Assembly (NCBI GenBank): GCA_047495785.1
Contig: JBLDXI010000007.1
Location: 1,116,001-1,180,000 of the forward strand
Length of the DNA: 64,000 nt
Direction of reading: 5' to 3'
From: Lepidodermella squamata
Taxonomy: Eukaryota > Animalia > Gastrotricha
Below, one piece after another: positions 34,917 through 48,534 of the stretch. Below the pieces are notes generated by a model that saw only the letters and a list, made by a program, of their open reading frames with translations, did not search any database and had not been told where the DNA came from. How positions within the stretch are numbered: position 1 is the stretch's first letter; every line of letters begins with the position of its first letter. A program made the position numbers and the translations under genes.

Positions 34917-35680
34917 CGTCTTCCTTCTTCTGCTGTGCATCCTGGTTAGAATTTGTACCTATTTACAACCATTCCGTGATTTCCAAATTCTCAAATCTGT
35001 CACCTAAATCTCGAGCTTCTTTGAACATTATCAGTCTAATTTTTACTATGGTTCTCAACAATATTTTTTGTGTTTCGATTGGTGTTTCATGAAATATCTC
35101 ATGAAATTTATTTCATATATTTTTCATATATTTTCATTGTTCTCTATACAACGATTTTGCTATCTTGCGGTAGAGTTCTCAACCTTCAAATGGACAATTG
35201 AACATGGAAAACTGAATTTGACCAACCAGACTGCTATTTAGGCGGCACCTGTGAGATGGCTGGATAATTTTGCTGCGATGAGCGTTCGATAGGCTTAAGC
35301 TCTTAATAAATAATCACAAATAAAAATATCAGAATCGCGCGTATGATCTACATACAATGAATGAAGGGCCTAGAAGTAAATTCTGAACCCGTTGACTAGG
35401 CAGACGTTTCGATAGTTTCATAATTTCAAAATTTGGCTTCGCTAAAGATTTTCGGAGAAAAAGTGTTTTGTCTCTCTTTGTCCAAATAGTTGCGCCACCG
35501 GCACCACCTAGATTCACCTACCAGCTTGTCTACACGTGGCGCATTATTAGTGGTAACTTAGACGCATTGTAGAGGAAGAAGAAAAACGCAGCCAGATGCT
35601 GCCAAACATCTCATGTGCTCATGAGTTGGAACCGCTACAGAATCAATCAACCATTTTCAAAATTAGTACAAGGTAAAAGA

Positions 35681-37587
35681 ATGCGTGAAGTAGCTGTCTT
35701 CATCGCTATATTGCTTCAAAATGGCTTGTGCCAAAGTCGCGTTCAAAATCTCGAATTCCTCGCGGCCGGGTACAGTTTGTACCACGGAAATCCCCACTGG
35801 ACACCGCCCGCCGCCATCGACCCCGGCTTCCGTGCTAGCATTTTCGATCTCACAGTAACCAGCGGGTCTGAACAACTGACCAGCGACGGAGCATCGATAT
35901 TTCACCGCGGCATCGACGTTAAACTTTGCTCAGCATGCAGTCTCAACTTCAAGAGCAGCCTTTCGAAATCAATGAACGACTACGTTGAATCCCTTCGAGC
36001 ATCAGTGAAAGTAACCGACCCAGTTCTACATGGCGCGTTTGCCGCAAGTGATGACTACAAAACTGTCGAGCAGCTGATAGCTATTGGACGCAGGCTAGTT
36101 GTCGAATCATTGGCTACTTGCGTCACTCATTGCGCAACGCTAAACATGTACGACTCGCCGCCATTCACCGGCAACTTCAAACAGGCCGTTTCAGGGTTGC
36201 CCGATCATTATGACAACGAGACTATGGAAGAATTCACGGAGTTTATCGACCACTTTGGCACGCATTTTGTTACATCAATGCAACTCGGCAGTATTTTCGG
36301 GCTTCGTGGAGCAATGTGCCGGAAACGGGTTGAGCGGCTTCAAAAATTTGGCGTCAATATTGAACAGGCGGCCAGCCATTCTGTTCTGGCTGAGTTATCT
36401 GCTTTTAATCAAATTTTGTACGCCAGCAATCAATCAGTGTTCACGGCAAGTAATGAAGATTTGGAGGCCATTCGGCTGTTTAAACGTTTCGTCGAGGCCT
36501 TGAACTATATTAGTTTGGGTGCTCGACCTCCAGCGAGTGGATTATCAGCCGAGTGGTTAGCAGCATCGGCTATAGAGCCGGCACCAGTGAGTTTCTTCAA
36601 AATATTTTCATTACATTTTTTCATTTTTCTAACTTTCCAGGTTAGTATCTCCGTCATGCCTATTACGAAACTGCTTACACGGACGAGGTTTGATTACGAC
36701 ATCGAGTCGCGACAGAAAGCTCTCGAAAAAGCTGTAGCTGAGTATTGCAATAAAACGTTACACGGAAAAACGATCACCTCTCATTGCCTGGCGGCTTCAA
36801 AAGTCGACATGTACAATTTGGGACACCACGCACGGCGTAAGATTATTTATTATGCAAGGTCCTGTCTTATTTTTTATTTCCCTAATAGCGAAGCCGCCGA
36901 GGTATTTCGTCATGCCCACTCGAACTGGGTATCGGTTCAGCGACGCCCAAGCGGCTTGTGTTAGCCAAGAGGCCAGACTTGCTATCATTAAAACTGTTCA
37001 AGAACATGCGCTGGCCAAAGCTGCATTCAGCGGTACGTTTTCTCGAAATATAGCCATTCGAATTTAGAAAATGAGTACCGTAACACGGTGTAATTGTTGA
37101 CAGGATAACCTTGGAATCTTAAGGCGTTGATGATTATTTTAGGGTTGAACGCTAAAACATGCATAACATTTTTTTGAGCAAAAGCTGAATTTAAACCTTT
37201 AAACTTTAAAACTTTTTCCGAAGTTTACAGTATAATATGTTTGTAGCTGCTCGCCCGTACTGTGCTTGGATTGGCTTAACGGGCGGCGTAGGAGCTTGGC
37301 AGTGGTTAGATGGCACGAAGCCAGAGAATTTCTACCGTGACGGCTGGCAACCGTGGGAGGGTGCCACTGGTCCTGTCGAAATGTGCGCGGCCATGTGTCA
37401 GGGCAAGGTTGATAAGAAAATTCGTATCTGAGAAATATTATGAATTTTCATCTTTATATAGGGTATTGTTGGATGGGCGGACTTGCACTGCGACCTGTCT
37501 TGGATGACGCAAGGTAATGGCCCAGTAGCGGCGCTATGCGAGCGTGTCGATGTGAAACCGCATCCAGATGAAATTCCGGACTGCTAA
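35681..37587 (+). CDS. Secreted MACPF (perforin-like) protein fused to a C-type lectin domain (5 exons)
   Basis: Signal peptide; GYSLYHGNP...DPGF; FIDHFGTHFVTSMQLG (MACPF signature). CTLD: AQAAC...LA, WIGL, WQWLDG, C...WADLHC...ALCE. Exons join in frame. Confidence 0.88.
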
Positions 37588-39218
37588 TTGAACACATTTT
37601 CGTTGTTGTTCATGGTTGTAAACCTTGGAGTAATAAAATGACCCGTGTTCTTGTGTCGATCTTTCCATTCATTTCTCGTCATGTTCAAACCTTACGTTTC
37701 AATTTCGATCCGAAGAAGAAGTTTTAAAACCATTTCAGAATATTTTAGTTTGTAACGAATAAATTCGTTGAAAATTGAAATTGAAACTCGCAAAAACGTG
37801 AACTCAGCTGCCGCTTAGCTCTTGTTGTCCTGTTGCTGCTATTGTTGTCCTATCCCATCATAGGCCGCTGGTCAGTCAGTTTTGACGCCATAAGACGTGC
37901 TTGGGTTATCGCTACCGTAAAACCAGTATAACTGTATTCGTCTTTTGTCATTGGCTCCCTTCAATTTGAGAGCTGTATGCGATATTTTTGCACAATTTGC
38001 TTCCGTCGTAAATCAAAATAGCGTTGTCACCTGTCATTATTACGGTGTTTTAGCCTTGGCGCGATTCCAACGCAAATTTTTTAACCCGCCGCATCAGCGC
38101 TAGGTAGGCGTAGCTGAGCAACACAAGCCGCAGCCAGGTGACGACAACAGCAAACCAGCCACAAAGCGCCAGACCCCTCATCCGTTGCCTATTTATGAGA
38201 CCGTCCGCAAGGAAAGCAATAAAATCTCGAACAATGGTTGCATGCTGCGCAATCTAAAAGCATTGTGCTCGCACTCATTAAAACAAATCGAAAAAAACAC
38301 ATCCTCTTCCTTTCTTTTGGACGGTCTCATATTGATCTCCACAGAAAAGTTTATTGGAAAGAGCTTGTTGGAATATAACAATAAATATAATGGTCTGATG
38401 AGACTCGACTATTGAAACCCTGAACCCAGCTACATTAATGGTGGCAAGAGTTGGCCGAATGTCTTATCTACGCTCGTTCCTGACAATTTTACCTAGCCAC
38501 GCATCTTTCTCCTTTTTGCCTTGACAAATGAAATATCTCTTGCGAGAGAGCGCTTTCACGCTTCAAGTTGACCACTAGAACTAAGCTACAGGAGCCACCT
38601 CCTTCAGCACGGCCGAAATCTAATAAGAAGTCAGTGTTTAGTTGATTTTTAATATGGGGTGAAATTAAGTAAATGCGTACCCTGCATGCAAATTGCTTTT
38701 GTTGCAAAACGTTATTGTTGCATGCGGATAAACGCCGACACCCAAGAGACCTCACAGCGCGGCGAATAATAATGAAATCATACTGGGATGTATTAATAAT
38801 AACCTTGAATCTCACCTAACCTAAGGTTTGGGAATAACCAAAGGTAACCACAAAAAACGCTATCGGCACAAAGAGATCGATCGTAATCAGGGATTGAGAG
38901 AGAAGGGAATACAAATTTTAAATTGTATACTTAAGTATTTCCTCGCAGCCCTGTGAGGAAGAGGAATAGTTCTATGGAGACCACACTCAATGATATAGCT
39001 TTTAACGCAAACCAGAAAATCAATAATTTTAGTATGAGGCAAAATATCAACACAAAATTGTTTTTTTTTGAATTTATTGCGCACTCTGTTCCAGCCGCAC
39101 TCGCCAGTACGCACATAAAAAATGGTGCACCTATTTGCACATAATTATGTGGTATATTTCAACTATTTGTAAATAATTATGCGGCAATTTGTCCCTATTT
39201 GTACATAAGTTTTTTCAA

Positions 39219-39270
39219 AACTAACCCTAACCCCAATCCCAAACCTAACCCTAAACCCTAAACCCTAACC
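39219..39270 (+). repeat. Telomere-like (CCCTAA) tract inside a repeat
   Basis: ACTAACCCTAACCCCAATCCCAAACCTAACCCTAAACCCTAAACCCTAACC. Confidence 0.7.
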
Positions 39271-40371
39271 AGGATAACCCACAAATTCGCGACGTAAAAA
39301 AGTCAACTTTCGAAAATTATGTACACATAGTCACATAGACACTTAGCATAAAAAGGTCAGTGGCAGGTAGCTGGGAGATGGGACCAGTTTTCACCTGCTT
39401 GAAAGCAGATACCGACCTGGTACCTGGTTCTACCTGCCACTGGCAATTTCTATGTGCGTAATGGTAGTGAGTGGCCGGAAAAGGGTGCGTAATATATTGT
39501 AAGAAAAGCAATTTTGCGTTGAATTTTGCCTCACAACCTTATACGTTATACGGATTGGGTTTGTCTTTCGGGAATAACGCTTTGCGGGTCAGAACCAACG
39601 GATTTTTTGGATTTTTTTCTTGGCAGGAAAAATAAATTCATCGCCTTGTTCCACACCTATGGCGGTGTGTGATTTTTGCGTACCGCGAGTCTAATTGCTG
39701 TATTTTAGGGCAAGTTTATAAATAATATCTTCCTAATGAATTTTTAATCATGCGCGCATGCTCGTTAAGCTCAGTTGAAAGCAAAGAAATTCTTCTTTGC
39801 AAACTTCAGCTTGTATATAAGAAAATGTTTAACCAAAAATCTGCTCGCCATGTGGTAAAATGCACCTAGCCAAAATTGCATTACCATCGGCTGTATTTTT
39901 CATCTGTTACCATTACGCTTGTAACGCGACGACTACGTGGAAGGCGTGGCTGCATCATCACGTGAACATCGCGGGAAAATGCAGAAGCAAAGTATATTTC
40001 TCCAATGACAAAATAAATCCGGATTAAGTGTTCTAAAATTATTGATTTTCTGGCTTCCGTCCACAGTTTTATCCATTAGTGTAGTCTCCGAAACACAAGT
40101 CCTTTCCAATTGACATCGAAGCTACTAATCTGAGTCTACTAATTACTATGGCAAAGAAATTTTAGGGTCCCATAAAATAGTAATCCTGTTGTTGTTTTAT
40201 GATTATGATTGAATTGATTATGCTAATGTATCTCTACGCTAGCTTCTTAGGGACGAACAAATAAGCTGATTGGTTACCTGCCTTAAGAAAGCGGAATCAA
40301 TGGCTATTTGAAGCTATAATTGCCTCAAGACAGTGACTAATATTTTCTGTTCTCGTTTGAGGGAATATAAT

Positions 40372-41705
40372 ATGCACATGAGAATGGTTTTAACCGTCTT
40401 CTCAACAATTTTCTTGGCGATCATCTTTGTTAGAGAAGGTTTGGCTCTGGGCAATGTCAGTGGCAGTTCGGCTAATTACAACCCAGATGCTCTGCGCGAT
40501 ATGTTCTTCGAGCTTTGCCCGTTAGCAAGATCCAGCAATCTGCCAACGTCGTTCCACAGAAAGATTAATAACTTCTCGGTACCCATCCAAAGTTACTTTG
40601 TAACTCGTCTATTAGCAATCAACGATGTCAGCGATGTTACAATGAGGTATTCTAAATTGTTAAGTTAATAACATTCATCCATCATTCATCATTCCAGCAT
40701 GACAATATCCATGACATTGCGTATCTATTGGGACATGCCGTGCGGCGAAGATATAAGGGAGCAGTTGTGGCCGGGTTACTCGGCTTTGAGCCAAACATTA
40801 CTCGATAGGATTCAATTCGAAGTTCCAATCGATCAAGTATGGTGGCCGGACATGGAACATATAAACGCTATTGGGGAGACACGACCGTTGCGAGGGTAAA
40901 TATCTGCTGAATTTAAAAAATTCTGCTTTTGGTTGGAAATTCCAACCTGAAACATTAATTAAAAATTCATTTCAGGGAAAGGTTGATAAAAGTGCGGCCA
41001 TTTCTCGTTACTGGGCCGAGATTTGTCATTTACACCGTGCGGACGTTTCAATCGAACTGTTTTCAGTTCAGCTACACCAAGTTCCCATTCGATGTTGCAA
41101 CTTGCACCCTCGAGTTCGAAAATGAAAATCTCAACAACGAGGTTAATCTTGCGATCGATTCAGTTACCGTTGCCTACTTATATAAGCCCCTCCGGGACGA
41201 TGACATTTGGACTTTCCAGACCTACAATGGGACAGTTTATGACTTCGGTGGTTATCCGCATGTCACTGTTACTCTATCTCTGAAACGGAAGTTTCAATAC
41301 TACGTCGGAAATGTGCTTCTGCCAATGTTCACGCTCTTTATCCTCCAAATTCTCTCTTTAATTATGGACCCTGCGCATCCGGATCGGCCCAATTTTTGTG
41401 TGACGATAAATTTGTCTACCGCAGTTTTACTCTCCCTAGTATTTTCGCTGATTCCTCGAACGTCGGAGAACGTTTATTTGATCAATGTCCTAGTCAGCTT
41501 TATGTTGATCTGCGCACTTCTCACGGCTTATGCCCTGATCACAAACAGTCTCAGCACTTGGAAACCGGCTCGACAAAGAATTGGAGCAAAATTGTTCCAC
41601 GGAGGGATCAAGGTAATCAGGGTTGCGGACCTGGCGATGGCAATAGCTGCATTCATCACTGGCATGGCAGTTGTTACACACTATGGAGTCAAAATGTTGG
41701 CTTGA
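40372..41705 (+). CDS. Divergent Cys-loop channel, tandem paralogue 1 (3 exons)
   Basis: ORFs at 40372-, 40699- and 40983- join through GT-AG introns; VWWPD, CFQFSYTKFPFDVATC, KRKFQYY, four TMs. Confidence 0.92.
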
Positions 41706-42686
41706 CGATTTTTCCGATCTAGAGATCTATTCATGTTGCGATACCAATCTACTGCTCCTATATCCACGCACGAGCGTTTGCGGCACAAAATAATACTAAT
41801 GCTATTGTTGTAAAATTGAAAATGCTGTTGTACAGTGCGTTTACCATAACTATTAACATGCCGGTTATTTTTAGAAACAATGAATCACGCGCACTTCGTC
41901 ATATCAACGTTAGCATTTAATGCTTATGAATAGGAGCCAATAAAACCGCTTTGTATAGCTTTAATTAAATTGGGTAATGTGCCCTAATATGTCATAATTA
42001 TGCTTACTTCTTTTCGAGGCCCGATATCTACTCACCTGATGGGTCCCGGTCCGATTTTTCTTTGCAGTATACCTGGTTCAGGTCTTGACTTCGATAATCC
42101 GTCAAAAAAGTCGACCCCATTGCATCATTGTGGGCGTGGCTTCAGATGTTGTTACGCATGATTGAATACATACCTGGTTCTTCCTAATCCTTATTCTTCG
42201 TCAATGATCATGATGAGACGAGTTTTTTGTTAAGCAAGAAGATCTGATTAATCATTATCAAGGAATGAATTGCAGACTGTAGTTGCAAAGATCAAGCTTC
42301 ATAGCTCATGAGCTCAGCACTAATTAGTTAATAATTAGGTACTTACTTACTGCTCACAGCAATACTTGTAGGTTGTAGAAGAGGATGGGGTCAGGATTGA
42401 CTTGTTATCTTATGAGGGTAACGCGTAAAACACAGGGACGGCGGCTCAACTCCAAAATCAAAATTTAAACTGTTCAGTTTTTAACACAGGTTTATATACT
42501 TTTTACTTTTACAAATAACAACAATATTTTAATCAAATTATTTAATAACAAATTTATTTTAGTAAATTGGGGGTAAGAAGCGCTTTTCGAAAGGGAAGTA
42601 TTTTTTAGTAGATTGGATATCGTTGCTCAATTTTTGGTTGCTCAAATTAGCATAGAACCAAATGAAAATAGGGAAAGACTCTTTGC

Positions 42687-43247
42687 TAGCGTTTCGGTAT
42701 AACTCTCCATTTGACGGTAATTATTTTACCGCAGCACGCAAACAAGGTCACCTCAATGCTTGTGCGGTAAAACGAACGCCGCAGCGTTTGTAAATTTTTA
42801 CCGCGCGCGTTACTTTTACCGTAGAAGCAATTGGGGCAGTTACTATTTAACGTAAGCTTTTGTCTTTCCACTTACTATACGGCTGACACGGCGAGCGAAA
42901 GAAGCATGCTGCATAGGAGCCATGGAGGAATCCCGCGCGCACACCATGGTAACGCGTCATTTTATAACACCCTAAACCAACAAGCAATATTTCTGTTATA
43001 CCCATGCTCTACGGCGGTTGCGTAACACGCTCTATTGTAAGAACGCGAGCAAAGACTCCGACTCTGTTATTTATATTTCTCCATAATATGAGCTGAACTT
43101 ACCGCAGAAAAAAATAATTTTACCGCGCGCGAGTATATGTATGCTTCAGAGTCGATGTAGTGCCGTTTACGGTAAATTGTTTACCGCAACTAGAGAACAA
43201 TGGCGAGATAGAGTTACCGTCAAATGGAGAGTTATGCCGAAACGCTA
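42687..43247. mobile_element. Non-autonomous DNA transposon (hAT-like ends)
   Basis: 34-bp TIR TAGCGTTTCGG(T/C)ATAACTCTCCATTTGACGGTAA with one mismatch; internal TTACCG repeats; no TSD seen. Confidence 0.8.
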
Positions 43248-43718
43248 ACGTCCTGATTTTGGCAGCAAATTTGATAAGGCTAAGTTATCTCAGCAGTCTA
43301 CATGAACGCTAGATGTTATTAAACGAAATATTAACTCGTTATTAAATCTAGAAAATTTATCGGCAGCATACTACGTGTAATTTCCTAAAGCTTTCAGAAA
43401 ATCAGGATAAATTCACCCCAGTTTGTCTGAGAAATCAAAATTTGGGCATTGATCTTGTCGCTTGATGGAATGGCGTATTCAATCCTACCTTCTCTTAGTC
43501 CCATCTCTTAAATTGATTTGCTTCCATTGCAAATCCGTCTGCCTTCTTGCGTGGTCAACACTCTCACCCTTCTTTCTGTAAAAACATAAATTTCTCTCTA
43601 TTGGAAAACCACGTCACTTCTGTGGTGAGGCGCCAGGAAATAACTTTCTTCTGAACTGCTGAGGCCTTCTTCCATATTTGCAAATATTTGCCATGAAATG
43701 AGTATTAGTATGAGTAAA

Positions 43719-44126
43719 CAGTAGTTTTGTGTTAAGCCGGACTCGATCTGTGCCAGAAGATTTAGTCCGGCTTAATGAAAGTCCGCTTTATTGTAAGCCG
43801 GACTGGTCCGGTTTAAAAATAAACAGGCATTTCTTCACAATTTATTCAAGAATATAAACGCTTTTAAGTAATAAGCTATTTAGTTGTTTAAAAAGTTCGA
43901 TTGTCGAGCTGGAATTAAGGTTTTGCCACAAGAGCGAACAGTTATTTCCCAAGACTGCGATCATTTTGCTGGAAAATCCACCCAAAACCAGCGTGGAGAG
44001 GGTGTTCATGCGCTCTGGATGGAAATTAGTCTATAAGCTGGACTTTTTTAAGTTAAATTCACTAAAAGTCAGTCCATTATAACGCAAGTCCGGCTTATGA
44101 TCGTCCTACTTAACGCAAAACTACTG
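43719..44126. mobile_element. Tc1/mariner-type MITE
   Basis: CAGTAGTTTTG(T/C)GTTAAG TIRs; internal AAGCCGGAC repeats. Confidence 0.75.
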
Positions 44127-44967
44127 TAATTCAAAATAGGGTTGCTATTACCTGTCATTTATCCAGTGTTGTAACTCCGGCGCGGCGAACACATATTTTC
44201 CAACGGCAGATCATCGATAGGCGTAGCTGAGCAACATAAGCCGCAGCCAGCAACAAAGCGTCCAGCCCTCAACTGTCGCCAATTTATGATACCGTCCGCA
44301 AGTAAAACTATAAAATCTCGAACAATGGTTGCATGCTGCCCGATCGAAAAGTATTGTGCTCGCACGCCTTGAAAGAAATCGTAAAATCCTATTTCTTTTC
44401 TTTCGGACGGGCTCATATTGATCTCCACAGAAATGTGATAGGAGATATAGCTCGTTGAAATGTAGAATTTACTGATAAAGATACCGTAAACAACAAACAC
44501 TCCTCCTTAAAACTAGAGTCTAATTTTTTCAACTTTTCCAAAAAATATGCGTTTTAGTTAAAAAAAAACTCTAGTCTCACTCTCGAGTTACCCACTAAAA
44601 ATGAAAATTTGATTTTATGGTTTCACTTCCCCGCGACTGAGCGTCTATACCCTTTCGGGTTTTGAGGAAGGCGAAGGCAAGGCAAACAAAAAGAACCTGT
44701 CACCCGCCCCCACGTCCGAGAGTATCTTGCTTTTGTTGTAAAATTCAAAATCTTCTTAAGTCTCGACAATTTTACGCCATTCGCCTCGATCTAGGGCAGT
44801 TGTTTCGGTCAATGTCCAATCAAAACGGTTATTTCGATAAATCACTACCAGCTTTACGAGGTCTGCCACGGGATCCGTCAGTTTTTTCCTTATTATATTT
44901 TCGGTTATTATATTTTATTATATTTCGAAAGAGCGGTACTCTTTCGCTCAAGACGATGAATAAAGAT

Positions 44968-45920
44968 GATGTAATGTAATGTAATGTAATGTAATGTAAT
45001 TTTCGGTTGTACGACCCACTCTTCTTAGACTTCTTTCGAACGAATCGAGCCACCTAGTTCGAGGTCTTCCCACCGGTCTCTGCCATTCCTTAGCGGCTAC
45101 CCACTTGTAAAGGTCGCAGACTGGCCCCGGTGGTGTCGGGTCACCTTTATCATCGATCATTAAGGCGTTGTTTTTCAATTAATCTACCCACTTCAATTAT
45201 TCCGCCACACATTGATAGTCTAATGTCTATGTTGGGAATATAGTCCATTGCTGTAATTCATAAAATGCATCGCTGCCACTTATATTCTTGGGTATTTAGC
45301 GCAATTTCTTCGTCTTCAGTAATATTCCATAACTCTCAGGCATACATCATTGCTGGAATAATAACGCATTTTCATATTTCTTATTTTACGGCCAAAGAGA
45401 CATCGTTAGCGTCGTTGAATAACTCGGATTTTGGCTTGTTTACATCCGTCCCAAGGTGCGAGGTGACAAAAATTTTCTCTTGGTCTGCCTCTTCATTCCT
45501 GTAAAAAACCCGCCTTTTACTTGTCACCTCTCACCTTGAAACGGATGTAAACTAGCCAAAATCCGAGTTATTCAACGACGCTAACGACATGTTTTCGGTT
45601 GCACTTGTACATAAATGTACTTATCGCGCTACCTGCTTTTGCAATGCGTGCTTCAAGTTCCTGGCTGATTTTGCCATCGTCAGTTATAATGCTACCTAAA
45701 TTCTTGAACGTGCTTACTTTTTCAAGATTGCGCTCCTCCTAGATGCAATCTCGGGTACCTTTAAGAGGCTGAAGCCGACATTAGATTTTGAGATGTTCCT
45801 GCCCAAAGAAGCGCGCAATTTTCTCTCCAGAATAATTGCACACAGTTTACTAATTACACTTAGCAGCGTTATTCTGCGGTAATTTTCACATGAAGATTTC
45901 GATTTCCTGAGTTTTATGAA
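44968..45920 (-). mobile_element. Decayed RTE-like LINE with (ATTAC)n tail
   Basis: Minus-strand peptides NYRRITLLSVISKLCAIILERKL, LEKVSTFKNLGSIITDDG...EARIAKA and RPVGRPRTRWLD; (GTAAT)n at 44971-45000. Confidence 0.82.
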
Positions 45921-47649
45921 GTCGCTTGACCATTATATTACGAATATTGCGCATGTTAACGCAAACCTTTTTGGTATTTTGAGAAAGTTTCTTTCGTCTT
46001 TTTACAGATATCGTACGCCTCGGGGTGCCACCATGGTGGCTTATTTTCTCTCACTTTGCCTTTGTTTTTGAAAAGTAGCGAGGAAAACTTCTCTTGCGGC
46101 GTCTAAGGTCGCCTTCTTGGTTTTAAGCCACTTATCCTCTGTCTCTTTTGCCTTATCAGAGCTATAATGGTCCTATTTAATTTAATTTTCTCGTCCCTCA
46201 GATTTTGGTGTTTAATTATTATCTTGGCAGTTTAAACGGGTTTCTGTTGTGAATGTATTTGAATTTCGCCGATAATCAACCGATGTTCGGACTCGAAGAT
46301 AGCTTCTTCCCTGACTAAACAGTTACTGAACAAATTTTCATTTGATTTTTCCACCAGAATGTGATCTTTAAATGACATATTAATGATGCACCATCACGCA
46401 CATAAAAATGCCAGTGGCATGTTGTATCTGGGACCAGTGGGACCAGTCGGCTTGCAAGCAGGTAAAACCATTGGGAAAATAAGCTTTCAAGCAGGTGAAA
46501 ACTGGTCCCTGAGACTACATGCCAGTGGAATTGGAAAGTGCCAGTGGAAAATGTGCGTACTGGTGCGTGATGCGGTGATGGGTGGCTGAAAAGTGGCGTT
46601 TAATAAATTATAATAAACCAGTTTTTGCTGATTTTTTGTCTCATAATTCAATTATTGAATTTATGGTTTGCGTTAAAAGCTTTATCAATGAGTGGGGTCT
46701 CGGTTTTCGCTTTGGTCGCTTTTCTGCTTTTCAACTTCCGTTAATTTCCGTTAATCCGTTAATTTCTTCCTAATTTTTAATAAATATTTCCGCTTCATTA
46801 GACAGTGCCAGAATTATTAGTGCTAACAACAGTTCCGCCAGAAAAATTGAAGCAAAAGTAACGTGTTCTCGGATTTTTAGGCGTTACTATGGCCGAAATA
46901 GCGCGTTACTTTAAATTTGTTCAGTAACTCATTACTTGGGGTGGAACGCGATACTTATGCCGCAGTGAAGCGATGCCGATTTGGGTGCATTTCACCACGT
47001 GGCGAGCACATGTTTTGCTTAAAATTGTTCTAAGATAAAAGCTGCAGTTTTCTAGGAAGAATTTTTTTGCCATGAGCCGAGCTTGACGAACCTTCGGGCT
47101 TCGTGATTTTTCCAATGCTGCGCACCTCATTAAAAATTCATTAGGAAGAAGTCAACTCTTAAATACAGCAATTACTCTCGGTACACAAAAATCATACTGC
47201 CCTGAATGTGGAACAAGAGGATGATTTTTTTCCGACCAAGAAAAAAATCCAAGCAGTTGACTCTGACGAAATGTTATTCCCCAATCGAACCCAATCCGTA
47301 AAAGGTGAATGAGGCAAAATTCAACGCAAAACCGTTCTTCTTACAACTTTTTCACACACCATTTTCCAGCCATTACGCACATAGAAAATGCCAGTGGCTG
47401 GTAGTACCAGGTACTAGTCGAAAAATCTGCTTTAAAGCAGGCGAAAGCTGGTCCCAGATACCTCGCACCGAAATTTTTTATGTGCGCCATGGCAAGTGCG
47501 GCTGGAAAAGAGTGCGTAATAAATCAATGTTTTTCCTTTCGCTTGCTTGTCTGCTCCGGCCTTGGCGACCTTGGTGTCGTGCCAAACAATTTTTAGTCTC
47601 ATAATTAAATTATTGAATTTATGGTTTGCGTTGAAAGCTTTATCCACGA

Positions 47650-48346
47650 GTGTGATCTCTGTTGCGTCGCTTTTTTTCGCTTTTCATGTTCCGCTAATTT
47701 TTAACCTCCACATTTTATCGATGAACATTTCCGCTATTCGCATATCCGCCCCAGTGTGATTATTCTTTTGTAAACATTTCCGCTTCAGTAGACTCCCGCT
47801 AACAAGAGGAGCAATAGATAGCGACGCCGCCATGTTTTTTCGCTTCGAAGTTATCCGCCAAAGTGATTTTTCGCAATATCAAATGAATCAAACTTTCGAA
47901 TTACCCAATAAATGTTCTTAATAGCTTATTTTTCGACTTTCACTCCGTCGAAGCTTGAACCTTTATCAACTATTCTTGGGCTTTTTCTCTTTGCTGTCTT
48001 GACAAATACCTCTGAGTTATTCCGAGCCCGTAAGATTACTGATATCATGAATTATTTTATGAGAGCAAAGAGCAGTTGTAACCTTTTCTAGAATTTATCT
48101 TCCAGCTTGTCAATTTGTTAAATGCAACCATGGGAGAGCCCTCTCGCTAAACTAGTGGTTACATCACGTAACCATCACTTTTATGTGATCTATAAGCGTA
48201 AACTATGAGCGGAAGTGTTTTCAGCGGGAATCAACTTTGGCGGAAAGATGATTGGCGGAAATGACATAAGGCGGAAATGATCATAGCGGAGAAAAATTCG
48301 ACGGAAATTGAGCAGCGAAGCTTAAAAAGCAGAGAAGCCATCACAC
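47650..48346. repeat. Foldback element with ~15-bp periodic TTCCGC/GCGGAA arms
   Basis: GTGTGAT..CTCTG left end and CAGAG..ATCACAC right end; mirrored periodic arrays; a related partial arm at ~46700-46850. Confidence 0.6.
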
Positions 48347-48534
48347 GGTGGTCTGCTGTCTCCACATTACTATTTATCGCATATCCTGTCAAACCGACAT
48401 CGAAACTACTAATCTATAATCTAGTTTCTTTGCTGGTTACCTGACTTTTTTTTGATCAATGTATTTTTAGAGCTAATAGAATGTCTCAAGACAGTGACTA
48501 ATATTTTCTGTTTTCATTTGAGAACTATAATATT

